Source of the DNA: Octopus sinensis
Lineage: Eukaryota
Direction of reading: 5' to 3'
Assembly: GCF_006345805.1 (NCBI RefSeq)
Contig: NW_021835847.1
Coordinates: 1 to 41,090, forward strand
DNA length: 41,090 nucleotides
Under the pieces are notes generated by a model that worked only from the letters and a program-made list of their open reading frames with translations, ran no database searches and was not told where the DNA came from. Both the position numbers and the translations under genes were made by a program. How positions within the stretch are numbered: position 1 is the first letter of the stretch; each line of letters begins with the position of its first letter. Shown here piece by piece: positions 12,203 to 24,016 of the stretch.

Positions 12203-12385
12203 GGCATATGGGGTAGTGGTTAAGAGTGCGGGCTACTAACCCCAAAATTCCGAGTTCGATTCCAGGCAGTGAACAATAATAATTATAACATCGGAAAATG
12301 AGAACCCAGGTTTGAAAGGCTGGAGAGTACATCAGCAAACAAGATAAGGGCAAACATCCGTCAAATGTAAATAAGGTAAATAATC
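12203..12385 (+). mobile_element. SINE type E (tRNA-like head, PLE-like tail remnant)
   Basis: A-box-like GGGGTAGTGGTTAAG, GGG-CTACTAA-CCC anticodon-arm-like stem, B-box GAGTTCGATTCC (12252-12263). The tail motif is shared in inverted orientation with 10764-10810. Confidence 0.7.
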
Positions 12386-12469
12386 ATCTCTGTATGCACG
12401 TGTGTGTATATATATATGTGTGTGTGTGTGTGTGTACATAATATATATATGTATGTATATAAAAATAAA

Positions 12470-12591
12470 AAAATGCGCCCTTTTTAAAGCCTAGCCAGGC
12501 TCATGGGCCCGGTTTCCCGGTTTCAATGGCATGTGTGTTCCCCAGCTGGACTCATTTTTGCCAGCTGATTGGACTGGAGCAACGTGAAATA
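12470..12591 (-). mobile_element. SINE fragment: type D body joined to tail T2
   Basis: Reverse strand reads ATTTCACGTTGCTCCAGTCCAATCAGCTGGCAAAAATGAGT (as at 14845-14887), then CCAGCTGGGGAAC...GAAACCGGGAAACC (as in the tail at 24017-24100). Confidence 0.8.
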
Positions 12592-13606
12592 TATGTACAT
12601 ATATATACATATATATCTATATACATCGTATGTATGTGTATGTATCTGATGTATGTATATATATGTGTGTGTCTGTCTGTGTTTTCGCTTGTGATTCTGT
12701 TTTGACATATTTTCATAAAACAAGGTATCACGTGTGCACAAGTTTCCCATCTTCCTACGAACTTCTCATTCTTCAACATTTTTTCTTATTATTTTCCTTT
12801 CTTTTGCTCCATTTATTATCATTAGATTAACCTCAAATGCGATTGTTTTTTACTTACATGACCTGATCAGATAACAAGGGAATCTAATTATATTTTATTT
12901 CTAAATACAGTACTTTAAAAGTTTCGAAACTGCTACGATACAGTACGAGAGCGAAAACAAAGCAATTGAGACTGACTGATGGCTTTTATTGAGCAGGTGC
13001 AAACAAATCAGAAAGTTGTTTTTTGTCTTTTTGTCTTTTGGATTTTGGTGGGTTTTTTTTGTAATGATTTTCAAATTTATTCTGGAAATTCTCATATCTC
13101 TTTCATTATCAGACATGCTCTTTCAATACAAGCAAAGCACACACACACGCACACATACACACACACACACACGCTCACACACACATATATACATAGTACA
13201 CATAAATATAAGGGGGGTCCTGAAAAGTACCTGGTTTTGAGGAATAGAAAATACAGCAGGAGTAGTTAATCATTACTAACTAGCAACAGTGACATCAACT
13301 CCCTCTAACTACATTGTTATGTCGTTAAAGGGAGATAACGCATACCGTACTGAACTAGTTTTTGACTGAATATTTTCTTGAAATCAAACGAAATCCATAT
13401 CAACATTATTTCCATTGAAAACTTGTTTGACCTCCTCAATAAATCTGTTTTCTTTTGCTTCGCTTTTAACTTCATTTAGTCATAATATAAATCTAATTGT
13501 AGCATGCTTATAAATGTGTATTCAAAGGTATTCGTCTGACCTGGGGTAAGCTGATCCGCTGCTGGTGTATTCGCATTCGTTCTAATAATGAGTTTGTAGT
13601 TTGGCC

Positions 13607-13639
<33 letters not shown>

Positions 13640-13760
13640 TTAATAAGGGTGAGAGAATTAGATACTAATTTAATAGTATATCCATTCAACACCAAGTGGC
13701 CTAGTGCTCCGAGAAACCTGGATTATTATAATATTTTATAATATATTATAATATTTTTAC

Positions 13761-13992
13761 AAAATAAATATAAGAGAGTGGTCACTATATGGCTCACTCT
13801 AGCACCAGTTAATCCAAAAGGTTTCAACCACTAAAAATACATGTTTCCCATGAAAGTCAGTACGATTGTTAGCTCACACGTGTGAGCTAACAATCGTACT
13901 GACTTTCATGGGAAACATGTATTTTTAGTGGTTGAAACCTTTTGGATTAACTGGTGCTAGAGTGAGCCATATAGTGACCACTCTCTTATATT

Positions 13993-13998
<6 letters not shown>
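13761..13998. repeat. Perfect 238-bp spacerless palindrome
   Basis: 119-bp arms, no mismatch found, centre CACAC|GTGTG at 13879/13880. Confidence 0.97.
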
Positions 13999-14030
<32 letters not shown>

Positions 14031-14387
14031 TATAAATAAAGACCAACATGTATAAATTTATATTTATCACAGCGTTTGACAAAGAACTAAGATATTGTGA
14101 GGTTTTTATCACTGCTGTTCAGATCAAATTTTGTTTTTGCCAACAACTGTTTCAAGTTTGTCAGTTGTTTGCTTTGAAGAACTTTCGATTGGTACACATG
14201 CACACATGCACACACACGCATACACACACACACACACATCAACACACATACACATACGTATTTTTATGTATGTATATCTGTACGCATATATATACATATA
14301 TATGTATATGCGTCTATGAATGTACGTTGTATATATTCACACGCACGCGCGCACACACATATGTGCGCATGTGCGCGTGTGTGTGTT

Positions 14388-14418
<31 letters not shown>

Positions 14419-14745
14419 GTGTGCGTGCGTGTGAGTGTGTTTGCGTATATATACATGTATATGCACACACCATAAGAATACTGAGCGAAACCTAGTTGAT
14501 CTCGCAAGCGGTGCCTCATCTCAGTGAGGAGAGGCGATGCACAATAATGCCGTCGATAGGAAGGCCCCTAAACGGCGCGCATTCTCTCCTGCTGACCCCA
14601 TAAGCTTGCTAGCATCAGGTATGCGGAGCTTTCAACTGGCGGCACTTGCATTTGCAAGTTGTTTGCCAAGGATATTTGTTGTTAATTTTGTTTGTGTTTA
14701 ATCTAATATTGTTATTCCCGCCGTTGTCATTGTTGGTGGTGGTGT

Positions 14746-15072
14746 GTGAAGGCGCGTGGCTTAGTGGTTAGGGGCATTCGGCTCATGATCCTAAGTTCAT
14801 GAGTTCAAATCCCGGCGGCATGTTGTGTCCTTGATCAAGACACTTTATTTCCCGTTGCTCCAGTCCACTCAGCTGGCAAAAATGAGTTGCACCTGTATTT
14901 CAAAGGGCCGACCTTGTCACACTCTGTGTCACACAGAATCTCCCCGAGAACTACGTTAGGGGTACACGTGTCTGTGGAATGCTCAGCCACATGCACGGTA
15001 ATTTCACGAGCGAGCTGTTCCGTTGATCGTATCATCTGGGACCCTCGTCGTCGCAACCGACGGAGTGCTCCT
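14746..15072 (+). mobile_element. SINE type D (tRNA head, CORE-like body, tail T1) with TSD
   Basis: TGGCTTAGTGGTTAGG A-box, GAGTTCAAATCC B-box, TGTGTCCTTGATCAAGACACTTT CORE-like motif. 13-bp TSD TTGGTGGTGGTGT at 14733-14745 and 15073-15085. Confidence 0.88.
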
Positions 15073-15340
15073 TTGGTGGTGGTGTTATCGTTTTAAAAGT
15101 CATGGTGATTATTGCGTAATACTCGAACATCTATGATCGAAAGGTCTAGGCATGCATGTTGTCACACATTAATTTCACAAGCAACCTGTTCCGTTGATCG
15201 TACCAGCTGGGACTTTTGTGGTCGCAACCGACGGAGTGCTCCTTTGGTGGTGGTGTTATCGTTTTAAAAGAGATGGTGATTATTGCGTAATACTCGATCA
15301 TCTATGATCGAAAGGTCCAAGGCATGCATGTTGTCAGACA
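14999..15340 (+). repeat. ~171-bp tandem duplication spanning the SINE D 3' end and its flank
   Basis: Units start TAATTTCAC at 14999 and 15170 and are ~90% identical. Confidence 0.9.
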
Positions 15341-15599
15341 AATAGCCTGGTAGATCCCAGATATCTGTAGTTCGAGTTATACGACGCTTTCGTCTATCTT
15401 AGCACAAGACTGCAAAGACCGACATTTATCGAGCACTCGAATGAGAAGCGCTGTTGCCGTCTGGACTCTCCACTATTTCTCATAATTTCAGTAAATTTTG
15501 AACATACAAGATAGACTATAGCTGCTTATATTCTACGTATATTTTTGAAGTTGTGGTTGCTAATTTACTTTTTACTAAATGGACTTTACATATATGTGC

Positions 15600-16165
15600 T
15601 TATGTGAATACACATGTATACACAAACACACATATGTATATGCATATAGACGAATACAAACTCACAAGTACGCATGTGTTTATATACATATGCATATACA
15701 CACATATATACATATATATATGCAGACATACGTGTTATATATGTATGTGTGTGTGTATGAATGTATGTATGTATGTTTGTATGTACGTGTTTGTATGTAC
15801 GTGTTTGTATGTATGTATGTATGTATATATATATATACATGTATGTTTGTATGTATGTGTGTGTATGTATGTGTGTATGTATGTATGTATGTATGTATGT
15901 GTGTATGTATGTGTATGTATGTTTGTATGGATGTATGTATATATGTATGTATGTATATATGTATGTATGTATATATGTATGTATGTATGTTTGTATGTTT
16001 GTATGTATGTATGTATGCTTGTATGTATGTATGGATGTATGTATCTATGCTTGTGTGCATGTATGTATGTATTACTATGCATGTATGTATGCTTGTATGT
16101 ATGTATGTATGTTTTGTATGTATGTATGTATGCTTGTATATATGTATGTATATATGTATGTATAT
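15600..16165. repeat. (ATGT)n-rich microsatellite
   Basis: Direct reading. Confidence 0.95.
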
Positions 16166-16571
16166 AAAACCTAAATGGAGTTAGCCTAACCCACGACATA
16201 ACTAATACACTGTTTACTCTCTAATGTTAGTTTTTTTCCTGTCCATTGACCAAATGCGACACCTGGGAGCCAACGTAGCATGTCTCTACACCGTTTCCTT
16301 TGTTTACTATATATATATGTTATGTGGAGCTATTACTAGTAACTGCTGGTATTTTTTATCTTTTAAGTGTGAGATATGTTTTTGTTGTTCAGTGGTGTTG
16401 TTCTTTTTCAACTTCACTGCGGAAAAAGCTTTGGAGAAGAAAACACAAAGTTTATTACGTTGTGAAAAGACAGCCAATAATGCTGGTTCGAGAACCAATG
16501 TTCTGCACATGTGGAGCAACTTCATGTAGGATAGATGAGGGTGAGAGCACTAATTATTGAAATACAAAGTA

Positions 16572-16742
16572 GGCGCAGGAGTGGCTGTGTGGTAAGTAGC
16601 TTGCTGACCAACCACATGGTTCCGGGTTCAGGCCCACTGCGTGGCATCTTGGGCAAGTGTCTTCTGCTATAGCCTCGAGCCGACCAAAGCCTTGTGAGTG
16701 GATTTGGTAGACGGAAACTGAAAGAAGCCTGTCGCATATATG

Positions 16743-16773
<31 letters not shown>

Positions 16774-16993
16774 ATATGTTTGTGTGTTGGTGTTTGTCCC
16801 CCTAGCATTGCTTGACAACCGATGCTGGTGTGTTTACGTCCCCGTCACTTAGCGGTTCGGCAAAAGAGACAGATAGAATAAGTACTGAGCTTACAAAGAA
16901 TAAGTCTCGGGGTCGATTTGCTCGACTAAAGGCGGTGCTCCAGCATGGCCGCAGTCAAATGACTGAAACAAATAAAAGAGTAAAAGAGAGAGT
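16572..16993 (+). mobile_element. SINE type B, full length
   Basis: Near-identical to 5963-6370. Confidence 0.93.
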
Positions 16994-17251
16994 AGGTGAA
17001 CAGCATCTGTCCGTCTTTTCATCTATGGAAAAGCTGGATTTGCTCGGAGTTCTTAAAGAGAATCGTTCATTTAGTGTAGTAAACAGACAAACCTAGTTGT
17101 TCTTTAGCATCGTTAATAAACGTGATTGCAGTCTTTGAAGATATTTGCTGAGAATTATAATTGCTATGAAGCCTAATTGATACATAGAGAGAATTAGGAC
17201 TCAGCAAGCATTTGAGCGGAAGGCATCCAGTTTGGTTATTACAGAGGAAAT

Positions 17252-17640
17252 GGATGGAAGCACTCCGTCGGTTACGACGATGAGGGTTCCGGTTGATCCG
17301 AATCAATGGAACAGCCTACTCGTGAAATTAACGTGTAAGTGGCTGAGCACTCCACAGACACGTGCACCCTTAACGTAGTTCTCGGGGATATTCAGCGTGA
17401 CACAGAGAGTGACAAGGCCGGCCCCTTGAAATACAGGTACAACAGAAACAGGAAGTAAGAGTGAGAGAAAGTTGTGGCGAAAGAGTACAGCAGGGATCGT
17501 CACCAGCCCCTGCCGGAGCCTCGTGGAGCTTTTAGGTGTTTTCGCTCAATAAACACTCACAACGCCCGGTCTGGGAATCGAAACCACGGTCCTATGACCG
17601 CGAGTCCGCTGCCCTAACCACTGGGCCATTGCGCCTCCAC
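17252..17640 (-). mobile_element. SINE type C with tail T1, with TSD
   Basis: TSD AGAGGAAAT at 17243-17251 and 17641-17649. Confidence 0.93.
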
Positions 17641-18228
17641 AGAGGAAATAGTGGTTCCAACACAAGCAATGTCTCATAACTTAACGTGAATCCAAGAAGC
17701 CCCGGGAAGAGAATCTTTAAACTGTTGGTGTTCAGATGCAGTCGGTATGCCTTAGCTGAAGACTGTCCGCCGGTTATTTCTAATAATACATTTGTGATTG
17801 GGTTTCCTTTACTGAAGTTGAATAACAGGCCTTGATTGTTGGCTATTGTTTCTCGTTACAATGGTTAATATCTAAATTCAAAACAACCATCTTCGCTTCC
17901 ATGCTTATTTGGATTCAAAGTTACAGATGAGAAATATAAAAATAGTAAAAGAAAGGACATACCCTAAATATTTCATTTCATTTATTAAAATTCCTTGTTC
18001 AATATGAAGGACAGATTTGCTTCCTGGATTTTACATGATACCCAAAAGTGCGTCTATAACGAAGTGATCTAAAATATGATACCAGGTTGCGCCAAAAGTT
18101 CTTTTCGTATTTCAAGCTTTAATAGTTCAAGCATATTATGCATGTAAAGTGTTTATTCATCAAAGTACATCCTGTCAAATTCTATTCCCTGTTGCCATCG
18201 TTCTGCCTGAAGCTCGATTCCACACTTA

Positions 18229-19202
18229 TACCTATTTCTTTACTACCCACAAGGGGCTAAACGCAGAGGGGACAAACAAGGACAGACAAACGGATTAAGT
18301 CGATTACATCGACCCTCACTACTCAACTGGTACTTGATTTATCGACCTCGAAAGGATGAAAGGCAAAGTCGACCTCGGCGGAATTTGAACTCAGAACATA
18401 GCGGCAGACGAAATACCTATTTCTTTACTACCCACAAGGGGCTAAACACAGAGGGGACAAACAAGGACAGACAAACGGATTAAGTCGATTACATCGACCC
18501 CAGTGCGTAACTGGTACTTAATTTATCGACCCCGAAAGGATGAAAGGCAAAGTCGACCTCGGCAGAATTTGAACTCGGAACGTAACGACAGACGAAATAC
18601 CTATTTCTTTACTACCTACAAGGGGCTAAACACTGAGGGGACAAACATGGACAGACAAACGGATTAAGTCGATTACATCGACCCTCACTACTCAACTGTT
18701 ACTTAATTTATCGACCTCGAAACGATGAAAGGCAAAGTCGACCTCGGCGGAATTTGAACTCAGAACCTAACGACAGACGAAATACCTATTTCTTTACTAC
18801 CCACAAGGGGCTAAACACTGAGGGGACAAACAAGGACAGACAAACGGATTAAGTCGATTACATCGACTCCAGTGCGTAACTGGTACTTAATTTATCGTCC
18901 CCGAAAGGATGAAAGGCAAAGTCGACCTCGGCGGAATTTGAACTCAGAACGTAACGACAGACGAAATATCTATTCCTTTACTACCCACAAGGGGCTAAAC
19001 ACTGAGGGGACAAACAAGGACAGACAAACGGATTAAGTCGATTACATCGACCCTCACTACACAACTGGTACTTAATTTATCGACCCCGGAAGGATGAAAG
19101 GCAAAGTCGACCTCGGCGGAATTTGAACTCGGAACGTAACGACAGACGAAAAACGGCTATGCATTTCGCCCGGCGTGCTAACGGTTCTGCCAGCTCACCG
19201 CC
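18229..19202 (-). mobile_element. SINE type A tandem pentamer
   Basis: Units start at 18229, 18414, 18598, 18783 and 18967, with one head ending at 19202. TSD CTTATACC at 18225-18232 and 19218-19225. Confidence 0.95.
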
Positions 19203-19924
19203 TTGTACCATTCTACCCTTATACCATTTGGCTGTTTTCCAAACCAAAAACTCCCTGCACCCATTTTCAATCCCATCCACCTTGTTGAGCTTCCATCCGT
19301 GCAGGAAATCAGCCATGGCTCAGAAAAAGTGGTAATCTGATGGTGCAAGGTCGGGACTGTAGGCAGGGCGGGACCGCATTTCCAGCCCCTCAAGTTTGTG
19401 CTTGGTCATAGTGAGAGAGTGTGCTGGACATTGTCATGCTGCAGGAGTGCGCGTCTTCGATTGACCAATGTCGGCTAGCGAGATATCAAAGTATCATATA
19501 TTCGCTACAGTATTTGAGTATTAAGGTTAGCGTTCAGCGCATAATCATCTGGTTCAAGCTCGAAGCATAATACTCCTCGAATTTCCATCAAACACACAAA
19601 ATAACCTCTTTATACCGCCATTATTTGATAACAGATTCTGAAGTCTGGCCGGGACTAAACCGCTGTTTTCTCTTATTGGGATTACGAAAATAGATCCATT
19701 TTCCATCCACAATTACAATTCGATGCAAAAAACGGGACACTTGAGGATTTGCCGGCAATTTTTTGCAGATATTCTCACATCGTTGAGCCTACTCGTTGAT
19801 CAGTTCATGGGGAGCATCTGAACAGCGTCTGACCACCAGTCTGAGCTTACGGAAGTATCGATCTATATTGCTTTGTGAAGGACCAAGTTCTGCTAACAAC
19901 GTGCGAGAGCTGTGCTTGTCTATT

Positions 19925-20341
19925 TTTACTCTTTAACTCTTTTACTTGTTTCAGTCAGTTGACTGTGGCCATGCTGGAGCACTGCCTTTAGTCGAGCAAA
20001 TCGACCCCAGGACTTATTCTTTGTAAGCCCAGTACTTATTCTATCGGCCTCTTTTGCCGAACCGCTAAGTTACGGGAATGTAAACACACCAGCATCGGTT
20101 GTCAAGCGATGTTGGAGGGGGACAAACACAGACACACAAACATATACACACACATACATATACACATACATATATATACGACGGGCTTCTTTCAGTTTCC
20201 GTCTACCAAATCCACTCACAAGGCTTTGGTCGGCCCGTGGCTATAGTAGAAGACACTTACCCAAGGTGCCACGCAGTCAAACTGAACCCGGAACCCTGTG
20301 GTTCGTAAGCAAGCTACTAACCACACAGCCACTCCTGCGCC
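19925..20341 (-). mobile_element. SINE type B inserted in the mariner
   Basis: Family match; TSD GTCTATT at 19918-19924 and 20355-20361. Confidence 0.92.
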
Positions 20342-20585
20342 TATTGTTCTATACGTCTATTGTTCAACCATTTGAAGAAAAGCCACATCTTCCACAACAG
20401 AATGTCTCCCTGACCTTGGTTTGTCTTTAAGGCTGATGTCACATTCTTTGAAACGTCTGAACCAGTTTTGCGTCACTCGTTCTTATATAGACCCGTCTTC
20501 TACATCATTTCTTTCTTTTAAAATCCAGTCCTTTCTTTCCACTCATCATCAATGCTCTAAACTAAAGTATATAAAATTGATGTTT

Positions 20586-21095
20586 GTGGAGGTGCAATGG
20601 CCCAGTGGTTAGGGCAGCGGACTCGCGGTCGAAGGATGGCGGTTTCGATTCCCAGACCGGGCATTGTGAGTGCTTATTGAACGAAAACACCTAAAGTTCC
20701 ACGAGGCTCCGGCAGGGGGTGGTGGTGAACCCTGCTGTACTCTTTCACCACAACTTTCTCTCACTCCTTCTTCCTGTTTCTGTTGTACCTATATTTCAAG
20801 GGGGCCAGCCTTGTCACACTCTGTGCCATGATGAATCTCCCCGAGAAATACGTTAAGGGTATACGTGTCTATGGAATGCTCAGCCCCTTGCACGTTAATA
20901 AATGAGCTGCGATGTCAATGGTGCCAAGCTGTATCGGCCCCTTTGCCTTTCCCTTGGATAACATCGGTGGCATGGAGAGGGGAGGCCGGTATGCGTGGGC
21001 GACTGCTGGTCTTCCATAAACAACCTTGCCCAGGCTTGTACCTTGGAGGGTAACTTTCTAGGTGCAATTCCATGGTCATTCGTGACCGAAGGAGG

Positions 21096-21097
<2 letters not shown>
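20586..21097 (+). mobile_element. SINE type C (to ~20898) fused to a different 3' module (T3)
   Basis: C head, body and T1 up to GCACGTTAAT, then AAATGAGCTGCG...GACCGAAGGAGGTC followed by (CA)n. Confidence 0.8.
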
Positions 21098-21140
<43 letters not shown>

Positions 21141-21383
21141 TAATGTTTATATGTTATATATGAAAATATTGAATTAACAGTTCAACAACGACTGGATAAG
21201 TTCTATCCAATATTAATGGTATAACATGGGAGATACAAGATGCCAAAGATCATCAGTGAAAATCCGAAAAAAAATACTTCGGATTCAGCCTGTTATCTGT
21301 AAAGAACCAAAAAGCTTTATCTGGCAAACAGTTGACAACTTTGTTGAATAAGAAAAAAGTAAATAAAGTAAATTGAGACATAA

Positions 21384-21790
21384 CTCTCTTTTACTCTTTT
21401 ACTTGTTTCAGTCATTTGACTGCGGCCATGCTGGAGCACCGCCTTCAGTCGAGCAACTCGACCCTGGGACTAATTCTTTGTAAGCCCAGTACTTATTCTA
21501 TCGGATTCTTTTGCCGAACCGCTAAGTGACGGGGACGCAAACACCCCAGCATCGGTTGTCAAGCAATGCTAGGGGGATAAACACAGATACACAAACACAC
21601 ACACACATACATATATATACATATATACGACAGGCTTCTTTCAGTTTCCGTCTACCAAATCCACTCACAAGGCATTGGTCGGCCCGGGGCTATAGCAGAA
21701 GACACTTGCCCAAGATTCCACGCAGTGGGACTGAACCCTGAACCATATGGTTGGTAAGCAAGCTACTTACCACACAGCCACTCCTGCGCC
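21384..21790 (-). mobile_element. SINE type B, full length
   Basis: Family match. Confidence 0.93.
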
Positions 21791-22301
21791 ATTCCTAAGT
21801 AATGTTAATTTATTTATCGGTATGTAAATAAATTAGCGTTTAACTTTTTAAGGCAACATTCAATTTTTAATTGTTGCATTTCTAATTATAATTTAATATA
21901 TATTATGGATATAATTTGTTTTGCTTTTTAATTATCTGAGAATTTGTCTTTGAAATCTTCTGCAAAGCACATCATCAATTTCTTTAATGTTAATAATAGA
22001 CTTTACTTTGTTTCGCCGATCTCATCGTCCTTCTCCGACTCCTCCTCTGCCTCATTGTTATCATCACCATTTGTGTTATATAGATATTATCTGAGGATTC
22101 TTGTATTCTTCTATTCATTTTAATGGTTTCATTCTGTGAACAGTAATCATGCTAAACATCCTTCTCAAAGGTGTAATCGATCAACTCAATCGAAGTATCT
22201 ATTTGATTATGATTCTTATTTAATTGTCTCTACCTGTTGACTCTCTAAGTTACAGAACATAAACACCAACAGTCTTTAAACAGATGAATATAAAACCATA
22301 T

Positions 22302-22847
22302 ATACTTCTTTACTACCCACAAGGGGCTAAACATAGAGGGGACAAACAAGGACAGAAAAATGGATTAAGTGGATTATATCGACCCCAGCGCGTAACTGGT
22401 ACTTAATTTATCCACCCCGAGAGGATGAAAGGCAAAGTCGACCTCAGCGGAATTTGAACTCACAACGTAACGACAGACAAAATACGGTTACGCATTTCGC
22501 CCGCTCTGCTAACGTTTCTTCCAGCTCGTCGCCTTTTTTTTTCTTTTCTCTTAAAGCTAATCGCTTTGTTCGACCCTCTAACGTTTCTTCCAGCTCGCCA
22601 CCTTAGCAAGATATATAATCTTTTCTACTCTAGGCACAAGGCCCGAAATTTTTGGAGATGGGGCCAACCGATTACATCAACCCTAGTACGCACCTGGTAC
22701 TTAATTTATCGTCACCGAAAGGATGAAAGGCAAAGTTGACCTCGGCGGAATTTGAACTTAGAACGTAACGGCAGACGAAATACCTATTTCTTTACTACCC
22801 ACAAGAGGCTAAACACAGAGGGGACAAACAAGGACAGACAAACGGAT
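22302..22847 (-). mobile_element. SINE A monomer (22302-22533), a repeated head fragment, and a mixed A/A' dimer (22615-22847)
   Basis: Family match; the canonical multimer junction at 22781 joins an A tail to a unit ending in the A' tail. Confidence 0.85.
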
Positions 22848-22880
22848 ATATACACACATATATGTAAGCGCGCGCGCGCG

Positions 22881-22917
<37 letters not shown>

Positions 22918-23560
22918 GCCTGTACATGTTCTCTTTCCCGTGTTGATTTAGAGTTAATTTTGACCGGCACCTGCTTGGTAGCAAGACATCTTGTTTCGTT
23001 CATCATTCTTTCAGACGGTTTTACAGATTTTTATCATCCCAGATATCGTAATCATTTGTAGTGTATGTCAATGTTTTCTGCCTTTTACGCTGCATGTACC
23101 TAGTAGGGATCTCTTTTTCTTGAACTGATTGGAGGTAGCCATCGAAGTGGAGTGTCATAATCTTGTAAGAACTTCCCGCCAAGCTATTGATGGGATCAAT
23201 TCCTTCTATGGTGTGCTTTCGTGCCAAGCACCTTAGTATTATCTTCTCAGTAAACTTGTCCACTTTGGGTTATTTTTTTGTTTTGTTCTTTTGATAAATA
23301 GAATTTATCCTTGGGGAAAGATCTTTATGAACTCTTATTTTATGCTTTTCTTCAAGGTCAAAGCTGTCCTAATTTTGTAGTTGATTTCATTTCTCTGAAA
23401 CGGATGTTGTTTCATTGTTACGAAACGGGCTTCATCCAACATAAAAACTTATTTGAGGCAACGGCCACCGTCCTTGTTTGTCTACATCTCCATCGATGCT
23501 AACGTTTCTTATAACACTGAGCAGCTTGCGAGTTCGAACATGTAACTCACTGGGCTTTTG

Positions 23561-23924
23561 TGGAAGCACTCCGTCGGTTACGACGACGAGGGTTCCGGTT
23601 GATCCGAATCAACAGAACAGCCTTCTCGTGAAATTAACGTGTAAGTGGCTGAGCACTCCACAGACACGTGTACCCTTAACGTAGTTCTCGGGGATATTCA
23701 GCGTGACACAGAGAGTGACAAGGCCGGCCCTTTGAAATACAGGTACAACAGAAACAGGAAGTAAGAGTGAGAGAAAGTTGTGGTGAAAGAGTACAGCAGG
23801 GATCACCACCATCCCCTGCCGGAGCCTCGTGGAGCTTTTAGGTGTTTTCGCTCAATAAACACTCACAACGCCCGGTCTGGGAATCGAAATCGCGATCCTA
23901 TGACCGCGAGTCCGCTGCCCTAAC
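23561..23924 (-). mobile_element. SINE type C with tail T1, slightly 5'-truncated
   Basis: Near-identical to 17252-17640. Confidence 0.92.
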
Positions 23925-24016
23925 GACTTCAAAAGGCCAAATGCAAGCGTATGTATGTATGTCCTTCTCTCCAAACAACGTATGCATTTGCATAAAATAA
24001 ACTAGTCTACATCATT

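Larger units (their letters stand above)
18082..20585 (-). pseudogene. Mariner (DD34D-type) transposase, nearly full length, degraded, interrupted by the SINE A array and a SINE B
   Basis: Minus strand reads ERVTQNWFRRFKECDISLKDKPRSGR, PHELINE, LHRIVIVDGKWIYF, QHDNV, RPAYSPDLAPSDYHFF, KWY|KCGIELQAERWQQGIEFDRMYFDE*. A TIR-like TA-CCAGGTTGCGCCAAAAGTTC lies at 18080-18101. Confidence 0.9.

Noticed and set aside
12203-12270. Genuine tRNA gene
   Set aside because: A and B boxes are present but there is no acceptor stem or full cloverleaf; treated as a SINE head, like the other tRNA-like heads in the window.
13209-13236. Mariner-type TIR-like AGGGGGTCCTGAAAAGTACCTGG
   Set aside because: No partner TIR or coding remnant was found.
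16224-16560. Possible host exon (101-aa and 86-aa ORFs)
   Set aside because: No recognisable domain and no convincing splice-site pair.
17000-17900. Minus-strand coding-like relic around the SINE C (GGQSSAKAYRLHLN..., SSKTAITFINDAKEQLGL)
   Set aside because: Possibly a decayed retroelement, but I cannot assign it; needs tblastx or HMM search after removing the SINE.
18229-19202. Regular array as a possible CRISPR or tRNA gene cluster
   Set aside because: Units are contiguous 184-185-bp SINE bodies matching dispersed copies.
22990-23460. Minus-strand ORF remnants (MLDEARFVTMKQHP..., MDKFTEKIILR...)
   Set aside because: Could be a LINE ORF1 relic, but there is no diagnostic motif.
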